From: Octopus vulgaris
Taxonomy: Eukaryota
DNA length: 64,000 nt
Assembly (NCBI GenBank): GCA_951406725.2
Contig: OX597815.1
Span: 81,468,001-81,532,000 of the forward strand
Reading direction: 5' to 3'
Of the stretch, positions 27,101-41,220 are shown in pieces. Positions within the stretch are counted from its first letter, which is position 1. Each line of letters begins with the position of its first letter. The notes under the pieces are model-generated. The model was not told the origin of the DNA. It saw only the letters and a list, made by a program, of their open reading frames with translations, and ran no database searches. The position numbers and the translations under genes are program-made.

Positions 27101-27162
<62 letters not shown>

Positions 27163-28037
27163 CTGAAAACAAATTTTTACTTATGTGCATGGGAGGGTGT
27201 ATATATATATATAAGTATAGATAGACATCTATAAACATACATAGACACACACACACACTTGCACCTATAAAGACATATTTGTTGATTCATGTGTCCATTT
27301 AACGTCCATGTTTCCTTGCTAGCATGGGTTAGATAAATATATTACTGAAGCAATATTTTATAGCTGGATCCCCATCCTAGTACTAACTCTTGCATGTTTT
27401 TCAATCAAGGAATTCTTTATTTGACACATCTTAAAAGGCATGAGTTTCTGCCTACAGAATTCATTCCCAGGGCTTTCGCTGCTGTGCAGTGTGACTGAAA
27501 CTAAAATTCTGGGGCTGGGAAGCAAGCCTCTGAATTGCATGACCAATACCTTCAGATGTGTCCTGGGGTCAATTTGTTCAACTAAAGGAGGTGCTCCATC
27601 ATGGCTGAAACAAGTAAAAAAAATAAAAGACTACTAATACTAAAATACATAACAGGTGTTTTAAAACTATTGAGAGTCCCAGCCATCACACTCACCCTGA
27701 TTGTTTCTCCAAATCTTTTAATTATTCTAACAGTTGCCTTGTTTTATATTAAACTGTTTTGCAGTTTCGCTTCAATCTCTCCACCAATTTCCATCTTAAA
27801 GTTGATTTAATACAGTAAATTCCATTTCCAGAGAAATCAATGCTGCTGACATTTGAAACTTTGTTAATTCCGTTATTCTTTCTAGATGTTATAGTCGCTG
27901 ATCAACAACCGCACCAGAGCAACACCTTTAAGGGTTTAGTTGATATAAATTGATTCCACTATATATTTTTAGCTTAGCATTTATTCGATTGCTCACCTCA
28001 TTTGCAAATTCACCAGTTTGTGTGGACACAGATAAAC

Positions 28038-28258
28038 CTATTTCTTTACTACCCACAAGGGGCTAAGCACAGAGAGGACAAACAAGGAGATACAAATGGA
28101 TTAAGTCGATTATATTGACCTCAGTGCGTAATTGGTACTTATTTAATCGACCCCGAAAGGATGAAAGGCAAAGTCGACCTCAGAATTTGAACTCAGAACA
28201 TAGCAGCAGATGAAATACCGCTGAGCATTTTGCCCAGCGTGCTAACGATTCTGCCAAC
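28038..28258 (-). mobile_element. SINE family C
   Basis: Matches 39704-39933. Confidence 0.85.
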
Positions 28259-28301
28259 CAGAGCTGATTGTCTAAACAAATATAACGTTGCACACACACT
28301 G

Positions 28302-28334
<33 letters not shown>

Positions 28335-28335
28335 G

Positions 28336-28690
28336 TGAAGGCACATGGTTCAGTGGTTAGAATGTCAGACTTACAATCATGGGGTAATGCGTTTGATTCC
28401 CGAAATGGGCCGTGTGTTGTGTTCTTGAGCAAGACGCTTTATTTCATATCGCTCCAGTTCACTCGGCTGTAAAAATGAGTTATGACGTCACTGGTGCCAA
28501 GCTGTATCGGCCTTTTACCTTTCCCTTGGATAACATTAGTGGCGTGGAGTGGGGAGGCCGGTATGCATGGGCGACTGCTGATCTTCCATAAACAACCTTG
28601 CCCAAACTTGTGTCTCGTCGGAGAACTTCCCAGGTCATTTATGACAGAAGGAGGTCATAACTTCCCATGGTCATTTATGACTGAAGGAGG
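28336..28690 (+). mobile_element. tRNA-derived SINE (family E)
   Basis: A-box TGGTTCAGTGG, B-box GTTTGATTCC, central gtgttcttgagcaagac.ctttatttca; copies at 36860-37140 and 48075-48388; short duplication at the 3' end. Confidence 0.85.
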
Positions 28691-29789
28691 TCATAACCCG
28701 TTGTGTGTGTGTGTGTATATGGTGCATATGTAGGTAGGTAGGTAGATATTGCTTAGGTATAAGCAATACTAATAACCTGATACTAGACCTTAATATCCAT
28801 ATGCCTTGAAACAAAGTATAAGTCATGTACAGAGTGTAATATGAAATTAAATAAATGGTAAAGGAACAGATTATGCTATGAACTTCATTAGCTTACAGGT
28901 CATTCTCCTATAAGATGCAGAGCACTCAGATGTGAGTGAATGAGCATTATAGCTTCCTTGTAGCTTCAAAAAAAAAAAAAAAAAAGAATATATACACACA
29001 TATATACACGTAAGTACACACATATACATATATACACAGCAGTCTTCCATACAGTTTCTGCCAACCAAATTCACTCAGACATTGGTCACTACAAAACATT
29101 TGCCAGTACTCGACTGGTACTTTATTTTATCAAACCCCACCACCACCACCACCACAAAAAAAAAAAAAGGTATGAATAGCAAAGTTGACCTTGATGAGAT
29201 TTGAACTCAGAACAAGAAGACAGGCGAAATACTGTCAAGAATTTTGCCCAGTGTGTTAACAATTCTGCCAACATACCTACTTGCCATGTTTTTAACAAAT
29301 ATTAAAAAAAGGTAATCCTAGCTTAAATGTTAATTTAGAGTGCAGTCAACCTCATTACCAAAGGTGTGAAATAAAAGTAAAAAAAAGAAGTAAGGAACAT
29401 GAAATAAATAAACAAAATGGAACTGTCAGAGTGGTGTTTCTGCATAAGTAAATGGAAAACATTTTTAGATATAGAAAAAAAAAAACATTGAAGGAAAACT
29501 GTGGGTTAAAGTGAACCTGTGCAACCCAAGCACCGTGTGTAAAACCAAGAAACAGCTGTGTGTCTTATAAGAATTGAATAAATAATTCTACTATATAAGC
29601 AGGTGGAAATGTCATGCTATGACGAAGAAATAATACCTGAAAGAATAATGTGTGTGTAACCAATGCCAACATAGAACCTGGACATTTCATGATGACAATG
29701 ATGATGATGATGATATATATATATATACATATACATATATATATATACATATATACATATATATATATACACACATATATATATATGCA

Positions 29790-29843
<54 letters not shown>

Positions 29844-30295
29844 CATATATGTATGTATACATGCATGTATTCATGTATGTATGTATATAAATATAGATAA
29901 TACATATATACACAAGTGTGTATATATGTACATGTAAATGTGTGCACATACATACATTCATGCATATACAGACACACATGTGCACATTTAGATATGTGTG
30001 TGTGTATACTGGAGTGGAAAGAGCTCATTCGTTTACTTATGAATTTGTTTTCAGAAAGAGAGAGAGAGAGGCGGAGCGGGAGGGAGGGAGAGAGGGGGTG
30101 AGGAGCGAGAGATTTATTTTTCATGTAAGAGGATTACACAAACTGGCCTGGCAGACATTGCAAGTTGGCATAAAGGTTACGTGTAGCGTTTATGTACATA
30201 TGAATACCAATACATATATGTGTGTGTGTGTGTATGTGCATGCGTGCGCGTCTGTGTGCATGTGAAGCTTGTGTGCAAATGCATGTACATATCTG

Positions 30296-30341
<46 letters not shown>

Positions 30342-31016
30342 ACATGTATACAAATATGTGTATGTATGTATGCTCACACACACATATATATATGTAATGA
30401 GAAATAAATGTGTTGTAATGAGAAGATTGCTGCCTTTTTGCAAAAGTAATTACTGCCAAGTCAGCATTTGCTGTATAAAATTTAAAACAATATGCTTGTT
30501 AGTTGTTTTGTATTTACCACACTGCATAAAGTACACACACACACACATATATATATACATACATACACATACACACACAGATATGTATTTAGACATACAT
30601 TTTGCATAAAGTAGATGCATTAATACACACATATATTTATAGATACGCACACGTCTGTTCTTATTGCTATGATGCTTTAATCTCAGATCAGCCCTAATGC
30701 AAATTGACCCATGATTTGGGTAGATATTTCAATCAAACCCACACCCATGTTGAGCAGCATTTCTTAAATGCCGTTCTCTGGAACTGTAGGGCTCCATAGG
30801 AGGTCACAATAGGAGTTGCATGGAAAATTGCAATAAACAGTCTAATAATATTCTAGGTTTTGCACAAGGCCAGCAGTTTTGAGGGGAAGGGGAAATCAAT
30901 TACGTCAACTTCAGTGCTCAATAGGTACTTACTTTATCAACCCCAAAAGGTTTAAAGTCAGAGCTTAGTGGAATTTGAACTCAGAACATAAAGGGCTGGA
31001 AGAAATGCTGCTAAGC

Positions 31017-31152
31017 CAGGAGTTCTCAACTGGTGGTTCCTCACCTCCTGGAGGGGTCGCAAAGCCTTGCTAGAAGTGGCTTGTGATAATATTGATTTCA
31101 ACTATCAACTGATAGTAGGGAGTCGTGAGTTCAAAAACTTTGGGAACCGCTG
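31017..31152. mobile_element. hAT (Charlie/MER5-like) MITE, 136 bp
   Basis: TIRs CAGGAGTTCTCAA / TTGGGAACCGCTG; perfect 8-bp TSD tgctaagc (31009-31016, 31153-31160); interrupts a family C SINE. Confidence 0.9.
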
Positions 31153-31777
31153 TGCTAAGCATTTTGTCTGGCACAAATAATTCTATCAAAACAAACACTG
31201 AAGCACGGTGCAGTCTTCAGCCTAACCAGACTCTATCAAACCGCCCAACCCATGCCAGCATGGAAAACGGATGTTAATTGATGATGATGATGATGCTCAC
31301 TACATTAATGTAGGGATAAAGACTGGCATTCTGCCAGTTTATGAAAAGATGGAATCTGAAAAAAAAGACCATCATATGTCTATATATGTGTGCACGTGTT
31401 TGTGTGTGAGAGAGAGAGGGAGAGAGAGAGAGAGAAAGAGAGAAAGAGAGAGAGTTATTGTCTCCTTGTCTTGATAGCAAGTGACAGTTGTAAAATGATT
31501 GTCACCATCATGCAAGCAATTTCTTTCATTTCCAATCTTTGGTGAAAATATGTCTGGTCATGAGAGAATATTACTTAAGTTGAGGGCTGGTGACAAGAAG
31601 GACATCCAGCCATAGAAAATCTGCTTCAACTAACACCATCCAAACCACACAAGCATGGGAAAACTGGATGTTAAAACGATGATGATGATGGCAATGAGAG
31701 CATAATCCTTTCCTGACTGCCTTACACTTCCAGGGTACCTTTACAAGGACACCATCACACACAAGGACCGTGTGGGG

Positions 31778-32070
31778 CAGTGGGCCCCAACCATTTTTGC
31801 ACCAGTTTCATGCGAGAAGACTTTACCATGGACCAGGAGATCACATGCATAACAAAGCACAATAAATTGCATAAAATACAATTTAATTATTACATATAAT
31901 ATTACATATACAATATTATATGTATAGTATTATACAATATTACATATATAATACAGAAACGCCCAGCAGATTGCAATAGCTAATAAAATAGAAAATAAAA
32001 TTTTAAAAATTTATTCTTTCTGTGCAGCCTAATTAATACTGGTTGAAAGTCTGGTGGTTGGGACCCTATG
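31778..32070. mobile_element. hAT (MER1/Charlie-like) non-autonomous element, old
   Basis: cagtgggccccaaccatttttgcaccag...gaagac..taccatggacc start and ggttgggaccctatg end; TSD not clearly preserved. Confidence 0.55.
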
Positions 32071-33660
32071 GCATAGCGGATCACAAAAGTCTGGGTACAT
32101 ATGAGAAGTAATTTTGCTTGATATTTATCAGTGCCAACAATGGGTACAGTAAAGTCGCTGGCTTGCCTATCTGATAGGCAACCAGAAACTTAAAATCATC
32201 AATAGGTGCACAAGAGAGTAGTCGGAAGCAGTTGGCAGCAGTCGTAGCCATCCTCTCAAGAAACGCGCACTACTGTGATGATCTGCTCAAAGGCTGAGAT
32301 AAATTCTATGCTACATAGTTGATGTAATTAGTGCTGGAGGGTGTGTTTTTACGAAAGGAAGTACAGCACATGAGTTATGAAGAAGGTGGGAAAGATCTGT
32401 GCTGTAACTTATCTTGGTTAAAAAGACTAGGCTCTATCTGTCAGTCTCTCTCTCTCTCTCTCTCCATGAAGGCACAACGTACATAAGAGGCATAAACAGA
32501 ATAGAGAAAACTAGCTAAATGCAGATCTACTTGTGCAGATCATGCAGATCTGCATGAGTAGAGAGAAACGAGGCTGTGTATAGTTTATTAGACATAGAAA
32601 TGTTAATGAAATCAGTCCATAATTAATCATAATAATTATATTAATAAATACCACTTCAAATGGCGGTGCCCCAGCATGGCCACAGCTCAAGAGCTGAAAC
32701 TGGAAAATATTAAAAAAACTACATGGGATAATGCTTATTGCTAGTTTTGTGCCAATAAGCAGACAAGACCGATATATTCTTCCAAGATTGGTCTCCAGTT
32801 TCTTATACTAAGCAACATTTTATAGTGATGTATAATACCTATTTGCAACACAATTAAGGAGACTGCTGAAATAGAAATTTAAAACAAAAAAATAATGAAT
32901 AAACATACAAACCAACAACAGAATCCTTTTATGATTCATCAACTTGTCTAGAAATAACTACCAAATCTCCTTAAAATCCCTGTTGCCACCACCATAAAAA
33001 GAGCAGGAAAATGCATTGAATAATAGAATTTTGGATATAAGACATTGAATGATGGCTAGTGGAATTCTTGATGAAGGTTGGTCTACAGTTATTGCTACAA
33101 CAATAAGAAATTCTTGCAGTGAATTGAAACAGAAGGAAAATCTATGTAAAATTCTCTCTCTCTCTTAATGCATATTTTTTTTTTGTTTCAGTCATTCAAC
33201 TGTGGCCATGCTGGAGCACTGCCTGGAAGGGTTTAATCGAACAAATCAACCCCAGTACTTGTTTTTTTAAATCTGGTACTTATTCTTTTAGTCTCTTTTG
33301 CTGAACTGCTAGGTTATGGAGATGTAAACAAACCAATACTAGTTGTCAAACAGCGGTGGGAGACACAAAGATACAAACATATATATATATTTTTGATCTT
33401 CTATATCAATGAAGATATTTCCTCCATGTGGCTGTTTTTTCTCTCTACAAAACAGAAAGTTACATTGCGGAAAAGTCATTTTAACGAGTTGTATTTATTT
33501 ATCACCCAATGAGATACATCTGCACCACCGGATGCTCCTGAATCAGTAGTTAAGTATCCCACCCATGAGGAATCGATGCTAGATGTGTCGAAACAATTGT
33601 TGCGATTAATAATAAATTCTCATATATTCCATCTTCTGTCTTTCATCTGTTTGTATATGC

Positions 33661-33707
<47 letters not shown>

Positions 33708-33710
<3 letters not shown>

Positions 33711-34085
33711 GGCTGTGTGGTAAGAAGCTTGCTTCCAAACTACATTGTTCCAACATTCAGTCCCACTGCATGGCACATTGGGCAAGTGTCTTCTACTATT
33801 ATAGCCTCAGGCTAATCGAAACTGTGTGAGTGAATTTGGTAGACAGAAACTGAAAGAAGCCTTTCTTAATATATATGTGTGTGTGTGTGTGTGTTTGTGA
33901 GTGTCTTTGTGTCTGTGTTTGTCCCCCACTGCCACTTGACAACCAGTGTTGGTGTGTTTACATCTCTGTAACTTAATAAATGCCAGGCTTAAAAAAAATA
34001 GTACTGGGATCAATTCGTTCAACAAAAAGTCCTTCAATGCAACACCCCAGCATGGTTGCAGTCTAAGGACTGAAACAAATAAAAT
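33708..34085 (+). mobile_element. SINE family B, near full length
   Basis: tggctgtgtggtaag...ttcagtcccactgc...tgaaacaaataaaa. Confidence 0.85.
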
Positions 34086-34125
<40 letters not shown>

Positions 34126-34147
34126 GAAAGATAGATATGAATATATA

Positions 34148-34500
34148 CATCATCATCATCGTTTAGCATCAGCTTTCCATGCTGGCACGAGTCGGAAGAT
34201 TTGATTGAGGACTGGCAAGCCAAGAGGCTGCACCAGGCTCCAATCTGATCTGGCAAGGTTTCTACAGCTGCATGCTCTTACTAATGCTAACCATTCTGAG
34301 AGTGTAGTGGGTGCTTTTTACGTGCCACCAGCTTGAGAGCCAGTCAGGCAGCACTAGCATCAACCATGTTCCAATAGTACTTTTTACATGCCACCATCAT
34401 GGGAGCCAGTCATGTGGCACTGGCATCGACAGTAAAAAGATGCTTTTTACATGCCACTGGTACAAGTACCAGTTAGGCAGCACCAGCATTGGCCATGCTT
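34148..34500 (-). mobile_element. RTE 3'-tail copy with ~60-bp internal repeats
   Basis: Family A tail plus three units of tgctttttac(a/g)tgccac...ggca(g)cac. Confidence 0.8.
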
Positions 34501-34507
34501 GGCGACA

Positions 34508-34552
<45 letters not shown>

Positions 34553-35299
34553 TATATATAGATTGATAGACAGATAGATACACACATACATATACTTATA
34601 CATATATGTGTCTTTGTATAGCACTATCTGTATGTACATATACATAAATATAGAGACACACCATAATTATTACACCACATAAAATAAGGATTTAGGATAT
34701 TAAAGAGATCAAAAATGAGATAAAAATAGATTTAAAAAATGAGAAAGAGGACAAGAGAGAGAGAGAGAGAGAGAGAGCGAAAGAGATGAATATCATAAAC
34801 ACACCATGAAAAATTGTAAATATAACAAAATGCACTTAATTATATTATTAGCAATAAGTACATTAGAGTAAAGATATGCTAGGCTTCTGGCAGTTTTTGA
34901 AAGATAATGACTAACAGAATACTTTGATGACATATGCAGAAATCTATTGTTAAAAATGTTTAAGAATAAATTAATATGGAATAATTTCAAGATGGATTTT
35001 ATGTTGAGAATTCTGTGAATCATTGCCATCATCATCATCACTGTCGTTGTTGTTGTTGTTGTTGCTGCTGCTGTCACTTTCACTGTCATTGTCACCCACC
35101 ACCACAACTACTACCACCACTACCATCATCATCACCATCATGTAAGGATATGGTCTAAATATATCCACAACACATCATGTATGTTTCTTTGAGTTATCCT
35201 GCAATGTCATAACAATCAATCACAGCAGATTCAAGTATGAGTCTGTGTATGAGCATACATGTGTACACATAGGCACACATGTCAACACACACAGACACA

Positions 35300-35340
<41 letters not shown>

Positions 35341-35350
35341 ATATGTATAA

Positions 35351-35383
<33 letters not shown>

Positions 35384-35689
35384 GTAGACATTCCTGTCAT
35401 AGGTGACAGATGAAGGTTCTGCAATTTCTGACTGAACAACCTGCACAGGTGATTCGTTAATGATTAAATGTTTGTGCAGTGCATTAGCTTACTTCATCCA
35501 ACAAATTGACATTACCTCTACAAGAGCACACAATGTGCTACCTGTCAGGTGTCGAAGTGATGGCAGAGCAACAAGAAATTAAGAGTTTTGCTTAAGAACG
35601 CAATGCACTGCCTGATCCAGGAATTGAGACCACAGTCTAGTGATCATGAGTACAACACTCTTGACTGGCCCCTGAGCTGGTGGCTCCTG

Positions 35690-35927
35690 AAAAGCATTAA
35701 TCTGAATGTGATTGATGCCAGGCCAACCTGACTGGTTCCTGTGCCAGTAGCATGTAAAAAGTACCCACTACACTCTTGGAGTGGTTGGCGTTAGAAATGT
35801 TGAAACTGTAGAAATGTTGCCAGATCAGACTGGAGTCTGATGCAGCCACTGGCTCTCCAGACCTCAGCCAAACCGTCCAACCCATGCCAGCATGGAAAAT
35901 GGACATTAAACGATGATGATGATGATG
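35690..35927 (+). mobile_element. RTE 3'-tail copy (family A)
   Basis: Ends aaccgtccaacccatgccagcatggaaaatggacattaaacgatgatgat. Confidence 0.85.
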
Positions 35928-36859
35928 TATGTATGTGTGTGTGTGCGTGTGTGTGTTTGTATGTGTGTGTGTGTGTGTATGCATGTATAAACTAGTGACA
36001 TGGAAAGCACTGTAGATTGAAATATAAGTGTACAAAATTGTATTCGGATAAGAAAGACCTTTTCTGCAGAAATTATCTCAAGAAAAGAAAAGTTCTCTTT
36101 ATAGACAATATGTGGGAAAATACAGAACCGAGCTATGAATAACATCATTAGACTATAGGACACATGCATTTCTACATCATTATCCTTCATCAGCAATGTA
36201 CACTGAATCCATTGTTCATAGTTCACTAAGAACAGCTGTTTTTACATTTAAATCCTTTTGGTACTAAGCTGCTACTGAGACTGTCCAGCTCTCGAAAACA
36301 AATTTGTCATATATGTATATATTCATTATATGCGTACATATTACTGTCTCCTTGTTTACCAATCTTCCATGAAAACATGTCTGGTCATGTGGAAATATTA
36401 CCTCATTTGGAATCAGGTATGGGTTTGAAACAAGAAAGGCATCTACCCATAGAAATCTCTGTACCAAATAGCATCTTACTCATGCATGTATGGGAAAGTG
36501 GAAATTAAAAAACTGTACACACACACACACACTTATGTATGTTATATGTAACGTAATACAATAAAGAGTTCCTTGATAATCCGTTGTAGCTGAGCATATA
36601 AATGCATTTTGAACACTTATTGCAGGGCTAGAAAACAGTATTAATGCTGAAATGTATAGGGGAACTTTAATAAATATAAATTTGTGTTTATCTTTATAAT
36701 ATACATATACGCACTCACACACATTATATATATATATGCTTCACTGGCACCTGTGCTGGTGGCACGTGTAAAAAGATTCGAGCGAGGTCATTGCCAGTAC
36801 CGCCTGACTGGCACCCGTGCTGGTCTGGTGTCACATAAAAAGCACCCACTACACTCTCG

Positions 36860-37140
36860 GAGTTCAATTCCAAGACCAAGCTGTGTGGTGTTCTTGAGCA
36901 AGACACTTTATTTCATGTTGCTCCAGTTTCCTCAGCTGCAGAAATGAGTTGCAACATCACTGGTGCCAAGCTATTTTGGCCTTTACCTTCCCCTTGGATA
37001 ATGTCAGCGGCATGGAGTGGAGATGCTGGTATGCATGGGTGACTGCTGGTTTTCTATATACAACCTTGTCCAGATTTGCACTCAGGAAAAGAATGTTCAA
37101 GGTGCAATCCCATGGTCATTCATGACCAAAGGGGGTCTTT
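36860..37140 (+). mobile_element. SINE family E joined to a family A fragment (36740-36860)
   Basis: Sequence switches at cactacactctcggag|ttcaattcc from the RTE tail to the family E B-box region. Confidence 0.75.
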
Positions 37141-37161
37141 ATATATATATATATATACATA

Positions 37162-37385
37162 TATCATCATCATCGTTTAATGTCCTCTTTCCATGATAGT
37201 ATGGGTTGGACGATTTGACTGAGGACTGGCGAACCAGATGGCTGCACCAGGCTCCAATCTTGATTTGGCAGCGTTTCTACAGCTGGATGCCCTTCTTAAT
37301 GCCAACCACTCTGAGAGTGTAGTGGGTGTTTTTATGTGCCACTGGCTCGAGAGCCAGTCAGGCGGTACTGGCAATGGCCACAGAA
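37162..37385 (-). mobile_element. RTE 3'-tail copy (family A)
   Basis: (CAT)n-cgtttaatgtcc...; flanked by (TA)n on both sides. Confidence 0.85.
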
Positions 37386-37415
37386 AAATCATGTTTTATA
37401 TATATATATATATTT

Positions 37416-37646
37416 ATATATATTTTATATGTAGAAAAATACAAACTGGGACAAGAACGTAAAATATCAAGATTAATCAGCCGAAATTGCTAAAACATCA
37501 AGATTAATCAGCCGAAATTGCTATGATGATCCGGTTCTTGACTGAAGATTGAAGGCTTCGAATGTCTCGTCCGTTTTTTGTATCGTCTTCTAAATGTTTT
37601 ACGTGCTTGTCCCGGTTTGTATTTTTCTACATATAAAATATATATA
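37416..37646. mobile_element. (TA)-embedded foldback element with ~47-bp inverted arms
   Basis: tatattttatatgtagaaaaatacaaactgggacaagaacgtaaaa / ttttacgtgcttgtcccggtttgtatttttctacatataaaatata; internal ~30-bp direct duplication. Confidence 0.75.
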
Positions 37647-38722
37647 GCGGCGTCCGTACCCTCGTTGGCACATATATTTATATTGCAGGTTCTGCACTTT
37701 TTGTATGCCAAAGGTACTTCATATTGAAGATGAAGTTTGTGTGAAAGTATCAAAAACCAAACTGAGAGAAAAGAAAAAGCAAGATCAACTGTAGCAGAAT
37801 TCTACCTTCCAAATTAAAAGCACTGTGTCTAAACACCAAAAAGAATTATTTCTATTACTCTTCAAATTCTGCAACCACTACTAATAACAAAAACAAAAAA
37901 GAAAAAAAAAAAGGATTTCTGATTTAAGATATGGTTACAAATTTGGCACAGAAGGAGTATAATTGATTAAATCTGGATGAGTATTTAACAAGTACTTTAT
38001 TTTATTTCTTCCAATCTACAAGTATGATGGTCAGAGCTAAACTCAAAGGGGATTTTGGAATCAGGGACACTTCAAAAGGATGCAATCAACACTGTAAGGC
38101 TGTTTTTTTCTGGTGCTGTGTTACGTCTGCCATTCTACTGTCTTTAACAACAACAACAACAAAGAAATCTTCAGAGAAAATACAAAAGAAGTATATAAAA
38201 AAAAACACAGAAAATACAAAAACAAGAAAGCAGCATTAAAAGTGACAACAACAACAATGAAACGATAGAAGAAGACAAGGGTGGGGATGGGGAGATAGGA
38301 AAGTTGGGGGCGGGGGAGAGGGCGAGCAACAGAAAGTGCAAGGTGGAATGAATAAAAGTGCAAGGTAGCTAATTTAACGCTTTAGTTAATCCTATCATAC
38401 ACTGACAGGTTTTATCTAAAGCATTATTTGCTTTATCTTGTTAAGGAGGAACACTACAACTGCACTGATGCTGTTGCTGATGATGATGATGATGATGTTG
38501 AAAATGATGATGGTAATGATGATGATGATGATGATGATGATGATAATGATGCTGACGACAGCAATATGATTATAACAATGACTGCAGTCAGAATAAAACA
38601 CAAGTGGTGGTTGTGATAGTGATGAGGATGCCAGCTTATATGTATGCATGTATATATGCGCGCATGAGTTTGTATTTACACACATATATATATATATATA
38701 TTACAAACACACACATATAGGA

Positions 38723-38792
<70 letters not shown>

Positions 38793-39358
38793 ATATAAAC
38801 AGGTGTAAACTAATGAAGTTCCTGACATAATTTATAATTACCTTGTCATTTATATAATCTATTTTACACACACACACACACAAGCACACTCAAACACACC
38901 CAGTCACACATATAGCTCACACAAAATACTACAATAAGTTGTTCTAAGGGGTTGGTATGGATGCATTATGCTTTGCTAAGGAGATCAAACAAAGCTGAAA
39001 CATGTCACCATGGCTACTTGAGCTCACGTTCACTGACCCCCAGCCCACGCATCTTAACTTTACATCTACTTGATGGTTAGATGAAATTTTCTGAGTTCTC
39101 TCCCTTTTATCCTTTGAGATAAAGATACTTTAATTACTTGTTACATATATTCATATCAGGCATGACTGTGTGGTAAAAAGTTTGCCTCCCAATCACATGA
39201 TTCTGAGTTCAATCCCAATGCATGGCACCTGGGGTCACCATAACCTTGGGCCAACCAAAGCCTTGTGAGTGGATTTAATAGTGGGAAACTGAATGGAGCC
39301 TGAATGTATGTGTGCGTGTGTGTATGTGTATATATATATATATATATATTTGTATGTG

Positions 39359-39399
<41 letters not shown>

Positions 39400-39703
39400 G
39401 TGTGTGAAAAGTAACTCCCTATTTTAGAGGACTGGCAAGACAGTAGGCTGCACCAGGCTCCAATCTGATCTGGCAAGGTTTCTACAGCTGGATGCTCTTA
39501 CTAATGCCAACCACTCTGAGAATGTAGTAGGTGCTTTTTACTTTCAGACATAATCTAATGTGGTAAATTTTTTTTCTGCAGCCAGATTCATTATCTGTTT
39601 CCAGATAAGGTAATATTCTCCAATGCTCAGATGTTTTCAGAAAATTGGAAATAAATGACACTGCTTGTATGATGGTGATACAAGTTTATAACAACTGCAT
39701 ATA

Positions 39704-39939
39704 TATTTCTTTACTACCCACAAGGGGCTAAACACAGAGGGGACAAACAAGGACAGACAAAGGGATTAAGTCGATTACAACGACCCCAGTGCGTAGCTGG
39801 TACTTAATTTATCGACCCGAAAGGATGAAAGGCAAAGTCAACCTCGGCGGAATTTGAACTCGGAACGTAACGACAGACGAAATACGGCTACGCATGTCGC
39901 CCGGCGTGCTAACGTTTCTGCCAGCTCGCCGCCTTACCA
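39704..39939 (-). mobile_element. Full-length young tRNA-derived SINE (family C) with a Nin/Meta-like central domain
   Basis: 16-bp TSD ataacaactgcatata (39688-39703, 39940-39955); head ggcggcgagctggcagaa..gagttcaaattcc; central gcctttcatcctttcgggtcgataaattaagtacc. Confidence 0.9.
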
Positions 39940-41010
39940 ATAACAACTGCATATAACCACACACATACACATATCTATCTATCTATCTTATAGATAGACA
40001 GACAGACACACAGACAGCCAGATAGACAGGAAGAGCCTTCATAAAAACCATGCCAAAACAGAGAAATGGAGTCCAGGCAGCTCTCCAGCTGACCAGCCCC
40101 AGTTAAACTGTCCAGTCCATGCCAGCCAAGAAAATAGACATTAAATGATGATGGTGATGATGATAATGCTATGTATGTATGTATGTATATATGTATGTGT
40201 ATCTGATGGGTTTCTTTCAGTTTCCATCCGCCAGATCTACTCACAAGGCTTTGATCAATCTGGGGCTACAGTAGAAGATACCTGCCCATGGAATCACACA
40301 GCTGAACTGAACTCAAAACCATGTTATTTCTCAACACTTAAACTGTATTAATGAAATACCCTGCTTTTGGGTGTTTTACACATATGATATTATTTTGCAT
40401 GAGTATGAATGAATACATCACATGTTCCGGATGTGATAACTTAGCAGATAAACGTGTGATGCATTTTTGTAACGGTTTTTTTTTCTTTTCTTCTTTTTTT
40501 TTTCACAACCAATCAAGTTTTAACGATGAATCTATATTTTGACATGCTTATGAATAATTTTGCTTATATATTACCACACTGCATATCTTTTCCAATTAAT
40601 TCATTAATTGGCAACGCGAAACTTGGTAAAGCAATTCATGAGTGCTTCAGCTTCTAACAAGACAGACAGATATGCACATACATATGCACACATGTGCACA
40701 CACACAGTTTTCACTTGCAATCTTTTTTCAGACACACTGATGCAAGGAACGACACAAGTATTACTATCCAAGGTCACAGTGTAATAGCTATAATAAAAAC
40801 TAAATTGAATTTCTTGTAGCCACTGTGACTTTGGATATAGAAAGTCATCTAGCTTTATAAATGTTTCACGTGCACTTGCATACATTTATATGCATGTGTT
40901 GTGTGTACCCACACTTTGGCAGGGAACAGAATTAGGACTCAGATTCAAATGCATTTCCAGCATGCAGGTAAGCATATATATATATGATAGATCGTTAGCC
41001 ACTACACACA

Positions 41011-41174
41011 TTTTTTTCTGTCCTTGTTTCTCTCCTTGTTTTTTCTGTGTCCCTTTCTGTAGAAGAGCGTAGGCTCGAAACATAAAAGACTTTTTCTATT
41101 CCTGAGTGTTTTACTAATACATCTGTTTGTTTTGTTCTCCACCTGTTTTCATCTTTTGTTTTTTTGTAAACTCT

Positions 41175-41178
<4 letters not shown>
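41011..41178 (+). mobile_element. Penelope-like pLTR fragment with a degenerate hammerhead-like motif
   Basis: ctgtagaa-gagc gtag gctc-gaaac...ttcctgagtgt; homologous motif at 61919-61975. Confidence 0.5.

Positions 41179-41217
<39 letters not shown>

Positions 41218-41220
<3 letters not shown>

Noticed and set aside
32090-32600. Higher-complexity stretch that might be a decayed LINE or exon (similarly 44780-45090 and 62420-62760)
   Set aside because: No motif could be read with confidence in the frames examined; needs BLASTX or RepeatMasker
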